Of a stretch of DNA of 64,000 bases, positions 9,842 to 19,707 are shown piece by piece. The stretch is from an uncultured Alphaproteobacteria bacterium (lineage in GTDB: Bacteria > Pseudomonadota > Alphaproteobacteria > Rs-D84). Numbering within the stretch: the stretch's first letter is position 1; the number at the start of each line of letters is the position of its first letter. Where the stretch lies: contig CAXHMP010000001.1 of assembly GCA_964017835.1 (NCBI GenBank), positions 9,820 through 73,819 on the forward strand, in the 5' to 3' direction. The translations under genes and the position numbers were made by a program. The notes beneath the pieces are model-generated. The model ran no database searches. It had not been told where the DNA came from and was given only the letters and a program-made list of their open reading frames with translations.

Positions 9842-10720
9842 ATGCCGGCAAAAAACAGAAACACTGCGCGCGAATGGTTTAATACATTATTTTACGGGGC
9901 CTTGATTGCGATTGCGTTTCGCAGTTTTTTGCTGGAACCGTTCAATATTCCGTCCGGGTCAATGATTCCGACACTGCACGTCGGGGACCATATCTTTGTT
10001 GAAAAGTGGTCGTATGGGTATTCGCGTTATTCATTTCCGTTTGGGTCGTGGCGTTTGTGGAATGGGCGCTTTTTTGCGTCTGAACCCGATGTCGGCGATG
10101 TTATCGTTTTCCGTAATCCGATTGATGAACGGCTGGATTATGTCAAGCGTCTGATTGCCCGGCCCGGTGACACCGTCCAGGTGATGGGCGGGCGCCTGTA
10201 TATCAATGGTAAAATAGTGGAACGCACCAATCCGCGTCCGTACATTGTGGCAAATTTGCCGCGGTCGCTGCGTGGGGTGGGGTATTATCGCGACGGTATT
10301 TCGGTCCGGGGCAACAAAATCTGGAAAGACAACGCGCCATTTGAATACAATTACACCATTGAATACAAATCGGATAAATTCTGTAACATGTATCCAAGCG
10401 AATGCGGTGTGTTCCAGGTGACCGAGTACACCGAAACATTACCCAACGGCGTATCGCACAGCATTATTGAATACGCCGACGATGCCATGTATGACAATAC
10501 GCCGGCCTTGACGGTACCCGACGGCCACTATTTCTTTATGGGTGACAATCGCGACAACAGTGCCGACAGCCGCAGTCCCATGGGATTTGTCCCACGCGAC
10601 AATTTGTTGGGCCGGGTATGGTTTGTCTGGTATTCACATAATTATCATTCATCGATGCTGGCGGTGTGGAATTGGGGGGATAAAATGCGCTGGTCACGAT
10701 TTGGCATGGGGATTAAATAA
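9842..10720 (+). CDS. lepB: Signal peptidase I
   Basis: Contains the SGSMIPTL Ser box and the GDNRDNSADSR box. Confidence 0.9.
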   Translation: MPAKNRNTAREWFNTLFYGALIAIAFRSFLLEPFNIPSGSMIPTLHVGDHIFVEKWSYGYSRYSFPFGSWRLWNGRFFASEPDVGDVIVFRNPIDERLDYVKRLIARPGDTVQVMGGRLYINGKIVERTNPRPYIVANLPRSLRGVGYYRDGISVRGNKIWKDNAPFEYNYTIEYKSDKFCNMYPSECGVFQVTEYTETLPNGVSHSIIEYADDAMYDNTPALTVPDGHYFFMGDNRDNSADSRSPMGFVPRDNLLGRVWFVWYSHNYHSSMLAVWNWGDKMRWSRFGMGIK

Positions 10721-11353
10721 TTGAAAAATCTGGGGTATGATTTCACAGACGCGTCATTGTTGGAATTGGCATTGACGCAAAGCGGGGCCGATGCCGCGCA
10801 TAACAACGAACGGTTGGAATTTATTGGCGACCGGGTGTTGGGATTGACGGTGGCAACGATGCTGTATCGGATGTTCCCGACCGAAACCGAGGGGGAATTG
10901 GCCCGGCGCCACGCGATGTTGGTGTCGACCGAAACGCTGGCGGGGGTTGCGCTGGAATTGGGACTGGATGCGGATTTGCGCCACGGGCATATGACCGGCG
11001 GCCGGGTGCGTCATATTTTGGCCAACGCGATGGAGGCGGTCCTGGGGGCCATCTATCTGGATGGCGGATTTGGTGCGGCGGCGGGTGTTATTGAAAAATT
11101 GTGGGCGGATTTGGCGTCGCGTGATGCCGTCGCGCCCAAGGATGCAAAAACCGCGTTACAGGAACTGGTGCAAAAGCGGGCATGCGGCGCATTGCCGACA
11201 TACGAATATTTGGAACCGACGGGCGCATCGCACAGTCCGGTCTTTCGCGTGCGGGTATCGGCCCTGGGGCATGATGCAACGGGAACCGGCACGTCGAAAA
11301 AGGCTGCGAGTCTGGCGGCGGCGGATGCATTGCTGAAAATCCTTGCAATTTAA
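10721..11353 (+). CDS. rnc: Ribonuclease III
   Basis: Contains the ERLEFIGDRVLG signature and a dsRBD C-terminus. A TTG start immediately follows the lepB stop. Confidence 0.85.
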   Translation: MKNLGYDFTDASLLELALTQSGADAAHNNERLEFIGDRVLGLTVATMLYRMFPTETEGELARRHAMLVSTETLAGVALELGLDADLRHGHMTGGRVRHILANAMEAVLGAIYLDGGFGAAAGVIEKLWADLASRDAVAPKDAKTALQELVQKRACGALPTYEYLEPTGASHSPVFRVRVSALGHDATGTGTSKKAASLAAADALLKILAI

Positions 11354-11402
11354 GGGGCCGGGCGGTAAAATCGGGCCATAATGTAATCAAAAGGTACAAT
11401 CA

Positions 11403-11732
11403 ATGTTTTCAATTTTGTTGGTTTTGTTAATCATTGTTTCGGTTTTTATGACGGGGCTGATTTTATTACAAAAATCCGAAGGCAGCGGTATGTCCGGTTC
11501 ATCCGCGGCGTCTATGTTTGGCGGGGCGCTGACGGGGGCGGCGGCGGGAAATTTCCTGACGCGGTTGACGGCATGGCTGGCGACAATCTTTTTTGTGTTG
11601 TGCGCGGCGTTGGCGTTGGTGGCATCGAAAACCGATATGGGCCGTCGTCACAGTGACCTGCGCCAGGAAATTATTGCCCAGGAATCGGCCGAAGTTGCCG
11701 CCCCGGCCACGCCGGCGGTTCCGGAAAATTAA
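11403..11732 (+). CDS. secG: Preprotein translocase subunit SecG
   Basis: Two TM segments with the LLQKSEGSGMSG SecG box and a Gly-rich segment. Confidence 0.75.
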   Translation: MFSILLVLLIIVSVFMTGLILLQKSEGSGMSGSSAASMFGGALTGAAAGNFLTRLTAWLATIFFVLCAALALVASKTDMGRRHSDLRQEIIAQESAEVAAPATPAVPEN

Positions 11733-11736
11733 TGTG

Positions 11737-11805
11737 GGTTGACCATTAAAAATCCCGCCATGCCCAACCCGCGCAAACCATAATTGTGTGGGACCCGGAT
11801 GGCGG
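11737..11805. terminator. Bidirectional terminator hairpin between the convergent secG and deaminase genes
   Basis: Stem aaatcccgccat/atggcgggattttttt with T-runs on both sides. Confidence 0.4.
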
Positions 11806-11812
11806 GATTTTT

Positions 11813-12811
11813 TTATTTGGATTTTGTACCGAAATTGCGTTCGATTGTTCGGTTTATCTTTTGGGTTTTATGATGCTGGACCGCACTTAAATTGCATCGG
11901 TCGATGATATCCGCGGCCAGGGCCACACGGGCCAGGGCGGTTTTTTTAATTATTTCGTCCATATTGTTTTTGCCGCGGTTGATGTTTTTAATCAATTCTT
12001 TTTGCCAATCCAACAGGGCAATCATTTTCTGGGCATCGTTTTGGAACATTTGTTGGGATTTCTGGGTGTGGATGACAATGTCATGCACCGGGTGCCAGAT
12101 ATCGTATCCCACGATAATATGATTCATGGTGATAATGACATCAGCGGTTTCCGACGCCAAATTTTCAAACGAATTATCCAACAATAATTCCGTCATCAGT
12201 TCGGTGATTTCTTCCATGCAAATGGTTGCCTGGTACGCAAAGCCGTTTTTGTTGATTAATCGGCGGCTTAGGTTATTTAATTCATCGGATTCAAACAGGT
12301 AATCGATATTATATTGTCTGTTGATGGGATTGGGCATTTCGTAATAATTCACGCCGGATTCACGAAACATGGTCTTGGAAATATTGATGGCGTTATCCCA
12401 TCCCGGGGTGTTCTGGGACCGACTGGCGGGGGCGGCCATGGCGATGACCTCTTTGATTCCGGTTTGAATAATGGAACGTGCGCAATCGGGACATGACGGC
12501 AATGTGACGTACATGACGCACCCGTCCAATGATGCCCGGTACAGTGTCGCGTTAAAAATGGCATTGCGTTCGGCGTGTTCGACAAAGGCATATTTGATAT
12601 CACGCTGGGCATAGCGTTCAGGATTATCATCCACACCGCGCGGAAAACCGTTGTAACCCGTTGACCGAATTTCCTTTTGGGGGCCGACGATGACGCATCC
12701 GACCTGGGTGCTGGGGTCTTTGGACCATGTGGCAACATGTTTTGCCAGTGCCATAAAGCGTTGATTCCATTTTTGGGGGAATGTCAATTGTGGGTCGGTG
12801 GTCATGCGCAT
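11813..12811 (-). CDS. Fusion of a dCMP/cytidine deaminase zinc-binding domain with a MazG-like NTP pyrophosphohydrolase domain
   Basis: N-terminal HAERNAI and PSCPDCA deaminase zinc motifs. C-terminal MEEITELMTE EExxE MazG-like motif. Confidence 0.6.
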   Translation of the reverse strand: MRMTTDPQLTFPQKWNQRFMALAKHVATWSKDPSTQVGCVIVGPQKEIRSTGYNGFPRGVDDNPERYAQRDIKYAFVEHAERNAIFNATLYRASLDGCVMYVTLPSCPDCARSIIQTGIKEVIAMAAPASRSQNTPGWDNAINISKTMFRESGVNYYEMPNPINRQYNIDYLFESDELNNLSRRLINKNGFAYQATICMEEITELMTELLLDNSFENLASETADVIITMNHIIVGYDIWHPVHDIVIHTQKSQQMFQNDAQKMIALLDWQKELIKNINRGKNNMDEIIKKTALARVALAADIIDRCNLSAVQHHKTQKINRTIERNFGTKSK

Positions 12812-12922
12812 GCCTTTTGACTGTACTTAATACATTCCCACTCCGGTTGGGATTTTACAATACAATTTTGGGTTTGCAAGATTTTTGTTCACTTTTATAT
12901 TTGCTGTGCTATCGTCTGGGGT

Positions 12923-13816
12923 ATGGAAAACACATATTCTGGCTTTGTGGCCATTATCGGCCCGACAAACGCGGGCAAAAGCACATTATTAAATCAAATC
13001 ATGGGACGCAAGGTGTCCATCGTTTCGCACAAGGTGCAAACCACGCGGACACGCCTGCGGGCCATTAAAATGGTGGGCAACCGGCAATTAATCTTTGTTG
13101 ATACGCCCGGCGTTTTTAAACCCAAGCGTCGCCTGGACCGCGCGATGGTGGGCGCCGCCATGGATGCGGTGGGGGACGCGGATGCGATTTTGCTGATTAT
13201 GGACGCATCTAAGGGGATAACGGAAACCATCCGCGGATTGGTTGAAAAAATCAAGAACCGGCCCAATTTGTTCGTCGCCCTGAACAAGGTGGACGCCGTG
13301 CCAAAGCCCACACTGTTGCCGATGGTGGCTGAATTGTCATCGATGGCCGACTGGGTTGACATCTTTATGATTTCGGCATTGAAAAATGATGGGGTGGCGG
13401 GGATGCTGGATGCACTTGCGGCCGTGATGCCGTCGGGTCCCTATCTGTTTAATGATGCGGACGCGGTGGACGTGCCGGATGAATTATATCTGGCGGAATT
13501 GACCCGTGAAAAGGTGTACAAGTATATTCACCAGGAATTGCCGTATCATATCAATGTCGTGACGGAACAGGTGGACGTGGATGCGGACGGGGTCCTGGAC
13601 ATTTATCAAAAAATCGTGGTCCAAAATGACGCCCATAAAAAGATTGTTATCGGCCGCGGCGGGGAACAATTAAAGCAAATCGGCACCGCCGCCCGTCATG
13701 ATATCCAGAACCAGTGGGGGGTGAACGCGCGCCTGCATTTATTTGTACGCGTCGAACCCGATTGGGAAAACAAAGCCGAAAACTACACGGACCAAGGTTT
13801 GGAGTTTAAAAAATGA
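12923..13816 (+). CDS. era: GTPase Era
   Basis: Contains the GPTNAGKST P-loop, the DTPG and NKVD motifs, and a KH domain. Confidence 0.9.
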   Translation: MENTYSGFVAIIGPTNAGKSTLLNQIMGRKVSIVSHKVQTTRTRLRAIKMVGNRQLIFVDTPGVFKPKRRLDRAMVGAAMDAVGDADAILLIMDASKGITETIRGLVEKIKNRPNLFVALNKVDAVPKPTLLPMVAELSSMADWVDIFMISALKNDGVAGMLDALAAVMPSGPYLFNDADAVDVPDELYLAELTREKVYKYIHQELPYHINVVTEQVDVDADGVLDIYQKIVVQNDAHKKIVIGRGGEQLKQIGTAARHDIQNQWGVNARLHLFVRVEPDWENKAENYTDQGLEFKK

Positions 13817-14076
13817 TAGGTGATGAAAAAAATTTACATTCAATAAAGAACCCGCATCGGATAAACCCTCAAACCTATCGCGGGATTGCGGTAATTTGCC
13901 TGTTGATGGGCTTGGTTATTTTGGTGGATTTCCTGGGGCGTCAGGTGACGCCGGACATGCCGAAAAAAGAAGTGCAAAAGTCGACCGAGGCCGCCGCCCA
14001 TATGAATTCTTTGCGTCAGAAAATCGCCCATCGTGACAGTGTTATCCGTGCAATGCAAATGCAAAAGGTAAAATAA
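13813..14076 (+). CDS. Hypothetical membrane-anchored coiled-coil protein
   Basis: 87 aa with one TM. Its start overlaps the era stop. Confidence 0.3.
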   Translation: MIGDEKNLHSIKNPHRINPQTYRGIAVICLLMGLVILVDFLGRQVTPDMPKKEVQKSTEAAAHMNSLRQKIAHRDSVIRAMQMQKVK

Positions 14077-14077
14077 G

Positions 14078-14272
14078 ATGGGATTGAAACACAAAGAATT
14101 GGATGACGTTAGCGTGCGTTATGATGCCGCGACCCAGGTTGTCACATTAACCCGCGGGGAACGGTCGTTGGATATTATGCTGTTTGATGAAGGGCGAATT
14201 CGGCAATTATGGGCCGCCGCCGCCCAGATTTATGCCCAAAACACGCGTCAGAAAAAAGCAAAACAAAAATAA
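14078..14272 (+). CDS. Hypothetical small protein
   Basis: 64-aa ORF tightly packed between conserved genes. Confidence 0.25.
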   Translation: MGLKHKELDDVSVRYDAATQVVTLTRGERSLDIMLFDEGRIRQLWAAAAQIYAQNTRQKKAKQK

Positions 14273-14293
14273 TGTCTGGGATATCCAAGTTAA

Positions 14294-15316
14294 ATGAAAA
14301 CATCGGATTTTGATTTTGAATTGCCGCCTGAATTGATTGCGTCGCATCCCTTGGAATGCCGCGATGCCTCCCGCATGCTGGTGGTGGATGGACAATCGTT
14401 GGCCGATAAACATATTCGGGATTTTTTGGATTATATTCGGCCGGGCGATGTTGTGGTCTTTAATAATTCACGCGTGATTCCGGCGCGCTTTATGGCCTCG
14501 AACCATGAAATCACATTGCACACCGCTGTGAATGATGGTTCATGGTGGGGGCTGTGTAAAAAGTTCAATAAAATTCCTGTGGGGGCGGAACTGACCCTGG
14601 ACGACGGGACGACGGCGACGGTTTTGGCGCATGATGATGACAGCGGCCTGAAACTGAAATTTAACTGTGATAACCTGATGGACGTTCTGGACCGGGTGGG
14701 GAAAATGCCGCTGCCCCCGTATATGAAGCGTGACGCCGAGGTCGCCGACCGTGACCGGTATCAAACGGTCTATGCCGGGCCACTGGGGTCCATGGCGGCC
14801 CCGACGGCCGGATTGCATTTTACGCCCGAACTGTTGGATGCCATTCGGGCGCGTGGCGCGCAAATTGTGAATGTGACTTTGCACGTGGGGGCCGGCACCT
14901 GGATGCCGGTCAAGACCGAAGATTTATCCCAGCACAAGATGCACAGCGAATGGTGCCAAATCACCCCGGACCAGGCGGTCATTATCAACGCCGCGCCGCG
15001 TGTTATTGCCGTCGGGACAACGTCCATGCGGACACTGGAAAGTGCGGCAATTCGCGCCCGCGTGTCCGGCGCAAATGCCCGTGTGGTGCCGTTTTGCGGG
15101 ACAACAGATATCTTTATCACACCGGGCTATACATTCGGGGCGGTGGATGTATTGCTGACCAATTTTCATTTGCCGAAATCGACGTTGTTTATGTTGGTGT
15201 CGGCGTTTGCCGGTGTGGATGAAATGCGCGGCGCATACGCGCATGCGGTGGCGGAAAAATACCGGTTCTTTTCATATGGCGATTGCTGTTTATTATTCCA
15301 AGGGAATGCGTCATGA
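14294..15316 (+). CDS. queA: S-adenosylmethionine:tRNA ribosyltransferase-isomerase
   Basis: The N-terminus FDFELPPELIA and the overall length match QueA. Confidence 0.9.
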   Translation: MKTSDFDFELPPELIASHPLECRDASRMLVVDGQSLADKHIRDFLDYIRPGDVVVFNNSRVIPARFMASNHEITLHTAVNDGSWWGLCKKFNKIPVGAELTLDDGTTATVLAHDDDSGLKLKFNCDNLMDVLDRVGKMPLPPYMKRDAEVADRDRYQTVYAGPLGSMAAPTAGLHFTPELLDAIRARGAQIVNVTLHVGAGTWMPVKTEDLSQHKMHSEWCQITPDQAVIINAAPRVIAVGTTSMRTLESAAIRARVSGANARVVPFCGTTDIFITPGYTFGAVDVLLTNFHLPKSTLFMLVSAFAGVDEMRGAYAHAVAEKYRFFSYGDCCLLFQGNAS

Positions 15317-16638
15317 ATTATAATCCGACGTTGCATAAATTATCCAATGGTGTGACGGTTATCCTGGACCCGATGGATGCCGCCACGGCGCATGTTATCG
15401 TGGGCTTTCAAACCGGCAGTCGTAATGAAAGCCCGGCCGAGGCTGGACTGACACACTTTTGTGAACATATGTTATGCAAAGGAACAAAACGTTTTCCGAC
15501 GGCCAAATCTATCACGGATTATGTCGAAGATAATGCCGGATGCAGCAACGCCCATACGGCCAGCAACAGAATTTATTTTGATGGGACTATATTATCGGAA
15601 AATACGGAATTATTATTGGATGTTTTCGCCGACCAATTGCAAAATTCCGTGTTTGATGCGGATGTTTTGGAACGTGAACGGGCAATTATTGCCGACGAAT
15701 TACGGCGTAAATTGGATAACCAAGAGAATCAATCGGTCGAATTTTTGGTGCGCCATGTCTTAAAAGGAAATTTTTCTATATTCCGGACACTGGGGACATT
15801 TGAAAATATTGCAACCTTTACCCGCAAACAGATGAAAATGTTTATGTCGCGTCGATTTAGTGGTAAAAATTGTGTCATTTGTGTTTCCGGGAAAATCGAT
15901 AACCCAGAAAAATTATTGGCATCAATTAAACAAAAATTTTCATGGCTGTTGGCCCTGGATGTACCACAAAATATGGTGCCGACATCCTATATCCCGGCGG
16001 TCGCGCACATGCCATTGCCGGATAAACAGAATGTTGAAATTTGTATCTTTGTGCCGGAATTATACAAATTAAATGCCGAAAATAATTTTAAACGCATGTG
16101 CGCCAATCGGTTCCAGGATTATTTAACCCAAGAATTATTTCGGGTTCTGCGAACGGAAAACGGTTTGGTGTACGGGGTGCAACCCGAAGCATTCCAGGCC
16201 GATGGCATGGGATTGACCGGTTTTACGGTTAAAACCGCGCCGGAAAATGTGAAACGTCTAATGGAACTGATGACCCAAACGGCGCGTGATGCGTTGACGA
16301 CCAATCCCATCACGGATGAATACCTAAAACGCTTCTATAACAGATTACGTTTGGGGGATGCGCTGTTTCTGGAATCGCCGGAACGGCGTTGTTCCCGCCT
16401 GTGGACCAGATATAACGATTGTGGTGATTTGTTGGATTATCATGCCACCCTGCGTATGGCATCTGAAATCACGGCGGCAGATGTAATGAGGTACGCCCGC
16501 GGGTTCTTTGATGCGCCCGTATCCATTATTACCAGTGGTGCCAATTTTAATGCAGATTTGGCGGCGATTTGGAAAGAAAACTTTGGTCCTGTGGCCGGGC
16601 CCCAGAATATGATGATAAAGGATGAAAAATGTCGTTGA
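15313..16638 (+). CDS. M16-family zinc peptidase (insulinase-like)
   Basis: Contains the HFCEH inverted zinc motif. Its start overlaps the queA stop (ATGA). Confidence 0.8.
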   Translation: MNYNPTLHKLSNGVTVILDPMDAATAHVIVGFQTGSRNESPAEAGLTHFCEHMLCKGTKRFPTAKSITDYVEDNAGCSNAHTASNRIYFDGTILSENTELLLDVFADQLQNSVFDADVLERERAIIADELRRKLDNQENQSVEFLVRHVLKGNFSIFRTLGTFENIATFTRKQMKMFMSRRFSGKNCVICVSGKIDNPEKLLASIKQKFSWLLALDVPQNMVPTSYIPAVAHMPLPDKQNVEICIFVPELYKLNAENNFKRMCANRFQDYLTQELFRVLRTENGLVYGVQPEAFQADGMGLTGFTVKTAPENVKRLMELMTQTARDALTTNPITDEYLKRFYNRLRLGDALFLESPERRCSRLWTRYNDCGDLLDYHATLRMASEITAADVMRYARGFFDAPVSIITSGANFNADLAAIWKENFGPVAGPQNMMIKDEKCR

Positions 16639-17759
16639 AATTTGATTTGATTGCAACCGATGGCGCGGCGCGGCGCGGCCGGGTGCATACCGCGCATGGG
16701 GATTTTGAAACACCGGCATTTATGGCGGTCGGTACCGCCGCGACGGTCAAGGCGTTGACCATGCCCCAGGTTGCCGACACCGGCACCCAGGTCATTTTGG
16801 GAAACACGTATCACCTGATGATGCGCCCCGGGGGTGATTTGGTGGAAAAAATGGGTGGGCTGCACAAATTCGGCGGATGGACCGGACCCATTTTAACCGA
16901 TTCCGGCGGGTTCCAGGTGATGAGTTTATCCAACTTGGTCAAAATGCGGGAAGAGGGCGTCGAATTCACATCCCACATTGACGGCGGGATTCGGCATTTT
17001 ATGCGCCCCGAAGATTCCGTTCATATCCAGCATCAGTTGGATTCGAATATTACCATGGTCTTGGATGAATGTCTGCATTTGCCGGCGCCGCGGGACCGGG
17101 TTGAAAAAAATGTTGATATGGTGACCCGATGGGCGCGGCGTTCGCGCGACGCCTTTGTCGACCGGCCGGGATACGGGATTTTTGGCATTGTCCAGGGGGC
17201 GGACCAACCGGATTTGCGTGAAAAGTCGGCGCGGGAATTGGTCGATATCGGTTTTGACGGGTATGCGATTGGGGGCCTGGCGGTGGGTGAACCCCAAGAT
17301 GTCATGTTCAATATTATTGCGGCCACAACCCCGCATCTGCCGACGGACAAACCACGGTATCTGATGGGGGTTGGAACGCCGCTGGATATCCTGGGGGCGG
17401 TGGAACGCGGGGTTGATATGTTTGATTGCGTGATGCCGACACGCGCCGGCCGCACGGCCCAGGCATTCACACGCCATGGCACAATGAATATGCGCAACGC
17501 CCGGTTTCGCGACGACGCGTCGCCCATTGATGACAAATGCGGATGCCCGGCGTGCAAATTGTCACGTGCCTATATCCACCATTTGATTAAGTGTAATGAA
17601 ATGTTGGGCGCGACATTGTTGACCCAGCATAATCTGTGGTTTTACCAGGATTTAATGCGTGATATCCGCGACGCAATTGAAAACGGCCGCTTTGCCGAAT
17701 TTAAGCAAGAATTTATTAAAAATTATACAGGGGATAAAAATGACAGCACAGAAAAATGA
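16629..17759 (+). CDS. tgt: Queuine tRNA-ribosyltransferase
   Basis: Tgt signature with Zn-binding CxCxxC and H near the C-terminus. It forms a queA-tgt cluster. Confidence 0.9.
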   Translation: MSLKFDLIATDGAARRGRVHTAHGDFETPAFMAVGTAATVKALTMPQVADTGTQVILGNTYHLMMRPGGDLVEKMGGLHKFGGWTGPILTDSGGFQVMSLSNLVKMREEGVEFTSHIDGGIRHFMRPEDSVHIQHQLDSNITMVLDECLHLPAPRDRVEKNVDMVTRWARRSRDAFVDRPGYGIFGIVQGADQPDLREKSARELVDIGFDGYAIGGLAVGEPQDVMFNIIAATTPHLPTDKPRYLMGVGTPLDILGAVERGVDMFDCVMPTRAGRTAQAFTRHGTMNMRNARFRDDASPIDDKCGCPACKLSRAYIHHLIKCNEMLGATLLTQHNLWFYQDLMRDIRDAIENGRFAEFKQEFIKNYTGDKNDSTEK

Positions 17760-18081
17760 CGCCAATATTCCTACGCCGGACATGACGTTGAATATGATGG
17801 ATAGTGTATATCTGGCCATTGTGTGGGCGGGTGCGCAGGGAAAACCGGCGCCCTTGGCGTTGACGCATATTTATATGTTGGTATGTCCACGCGTAAATGA
17901 AACGCAGTTTGCATTAAACCCGGAAACACGTGTCGCAACATTTGCCAATGTTCGGGATGCCGAAATTTATTATAAAACGATTTTGGCCGCGCAACAGTTT
18001 CAGCAAAAACTGCAGGGGGCAAAAATGATTTCAGAAATATTTGAAAATGATATCGAAAAATTCAAACAGCGTGTTCGGTAA
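17740..18081 (+). CDS. Hypothetical protein
   Basis: ORF overlapping the tgt end. The start is uncertain. Confidence 0.3.
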   Translation: MTAQKNDANIPTPDMTLNMMDSVYLAIVWAGAQGKPAPLALTHIYMLVCPRVNETQFALNPETRVATFANVRDAEIYYKTILAAQQFQQKLQGAKMISEIFENDIEKFKQRVR

Positions 18082-18141
18082 AACTTTGGCTTGAATCGCG
18101 TTGGTTTTTTTACTACACTGGGTATAGAAAGGAGAATTAAA

Positions 18142-19158
18142 ATGGCACCGAAAAAGAAATCATCATCGGCCCCGAAAAAGAAGAAAGAAATCGCAGTCAT
18201 CGACCGCGGTGGGGCCAAAACTGTCAAGAAAAAGACGGCATTCGTCACATGGGTTAAACGCATTTTTGCAGTCATATCCATTGTCTGGATTGCGGGCGTG
18301 GTTTGGGTGCCGATGCATGTGAAAAATACATACAGCGAACCGATTAAAAAATCGATTGTTGTATCGATGTTCTTTGACCTGCAACGCAGCATTGTTGAAC
18401 AATATGAAAAATTGCTGGATGGCATCAAAGAATCCATCAATTTGGAAAAGCCGGTGGCCTTTGCCATTGACCAGGTAAAAAATGTCGGCGGCGCCGTAGA
18501 CAAGGTGACCGACACCACCGCCCGGGTCAAAGACGCGACCGCAGACGCGAAAAAACGTAATGACGATGCGAAAAAGTTAACCGGTTTTGTTGGTAAATTC
18601 GGGGTTAAAACCGATGGTGTGGACAAAGCCTTGGACAAAATGGATAAAAATATTGCCAAGACGAATCAAGCCGTCGCCAAGGTGGACGATGTTACCGCCA
18701 AGGTTAACGCCCAATTGGATAAAATCGAAGGTAATTTGACCAAGACGTTGCAGACCCAGTTTGATAAAATGATTGACGATGCGATTAAAGCCCAATTGGA
18801 CAAAAATTCTGGTGGGTTGGGGTCGACATTGCTGACCAATTACGGGATTAAACATGTTTATCCGTGGCAACCCTCGTCATGGCCGGTGGCAACAAAAATC
18901 TATAACGATTTGGAAAAATCCAATGTTGGTGTCGTGCAAATCATTACAGGTACAGTGAATAAATATTTCGGCTATGCGGCGTGGGGGTTGGTCGTGCTGG
19001 TGTGGCTGATTGGAGGACTGGTCTGGTTTATGGTGTTTAAAAAGGTCAAGGCCATGACCAAGCCCTTTATCGTTTGCCCGCGGTGTGGCAACGCCTTTGT
19101 CGACAAACGCACAGCGTATGGATTATTGAAAATATTTCAACCGTGGAAATGGCTGTAA
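18142..19158 (+). CDS. Lys-rich membrane protein with coiled-coil and a C-terminal CPRC motif
   Basis: SD aaaggag is located 11 nt upstream of the ATG at 18142. One TM segment. Charged, repetitive coiled-coil. Confidence 0.5.
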   Translation: MAPKKKSSSAPKKKKEIAVIDRGGAKTVKKKTAFVTWVKRIFAVISIVWIAGVVWVPMHVKNTYSEPIKKSIVVSMFFDLQRSIVEQYEKLLDGIKESINLEKPVAFAIDQVKNVGGAVDKVTDTTARVKDATADAKKRNDDAKKLTGFVGKFGVKTDGVDKALDKMDKNIAKTNQAVAKVDDVTAKVNAQLDKIEGNLTKTLQTQFDKMIDDAIKAQLDKNSGGLGSTLLTNYGIKHVYPWQPSSWPVATKIYNDLEKSNVGVVQIITGTVNKYFGYAAWGLVVLVWLIGGLVWFMVFKKVKAMTKPFIVCPRCGNAFVDKRTAYGLLKIFQPWKWL

Positions 19159-19164
19159 AATATA

Positions 19165-19413
19165 GTGCAAGATATGAAAAATATGGAACAGAACAATTGG
19201 ATGAATGAATTAATTGACGCCAAAATTGCGCGCGGTCGTTATTGGTTATGGGCGCTGGCGGTGGGTGGGGCGTTGGCCTATTGCATTCAACTGGGGCATG
19301 ATTTGACCGCCAGTTTAGATGCATGGGCGCACGTACGTGGGGCGCATGCGGCGTCGCCCGCACCGACACCTATTGATACAATTGGCTATCACCAGGCGCA
19401 GCGTGGTCGTTAA
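19165..19413 (+). CDS. Small membrane protein
   Basis: 82-aa ORF with one TM, followed by a terminator. Confidence 0.35.
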   Translation: MQDMKNMEQNNWMNELIDAKIARGRYWLWALAVGGALAYCIQLGHDLTASLDAWAHVRGAHAASPAPTPIDTIGYHQAQRGR

Positions 19414-19416
19414 CTG

Positions 19417-19450
19417 TAAAATCGCCCCAATGGGGCGATTTTTGTTTTTT
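19417..19450 (+). terminator. Rho-independent terminator
   Basis: Hairpin aaaatcgccccaatggggcgatttttgtttttt. Confidence 0.65.
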
Positions 19451-19502
19451 ATAAAAAATACTTGCATTTGTAAAAAAGATATGTCAAAATACACCACGCA
19501 GT

Positions 19503-19579
19503 GCGAGCGTAGCTCAGTTGGCTAGAGCGCAACCTTGCCAAGGTTGAGGTCGAGGGTTCGAGCCCCTTTGCTCGCACCA
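19503..19579 (+). tRNA. tRNA-Gly(GCC)
   Basis: 77-nt cloverleaf: GCGAGCGTAGCTCAGTTGG...CCTTGCCAAGG...GGTTCGAGCCC...CACCA. Confidence 0.9.
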
Positions 19580-19580
19580 A
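19528..19580. repeat. attL: 53-bp core identical to attR, formed by the 3' part of tRNA-Gly
   Basis: Exact direct repeat with 47305..47358. Confidence 0.85.
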
Positions 19581-19707
19581 GGATTCCGCGGGATTTCGTC
19601 AGAATTCCCGCGATTTTTTATTTCATTTTGTTTCATAAAATTTCATGGATTTATATTGTTTTTCAATAAGTTTCACAAAATTTTAGCACAAAATATAGCA
19701 CAAAAAT

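Noticed and set aside
12923-13068. ORF 12781..13068 and other small ORFs overlapping the era start
   Set aside because: They are out of frame with the conserved era gene, and era has a proper start at 12923.
18000-18659. 219-aa minus-strand ORF opposite the 18142..19158 gene
   Set aside because: It is antisense to the Lys-rich coiled-coil gene and has no independent signals. AAG/GAA repeats read open in antisense.
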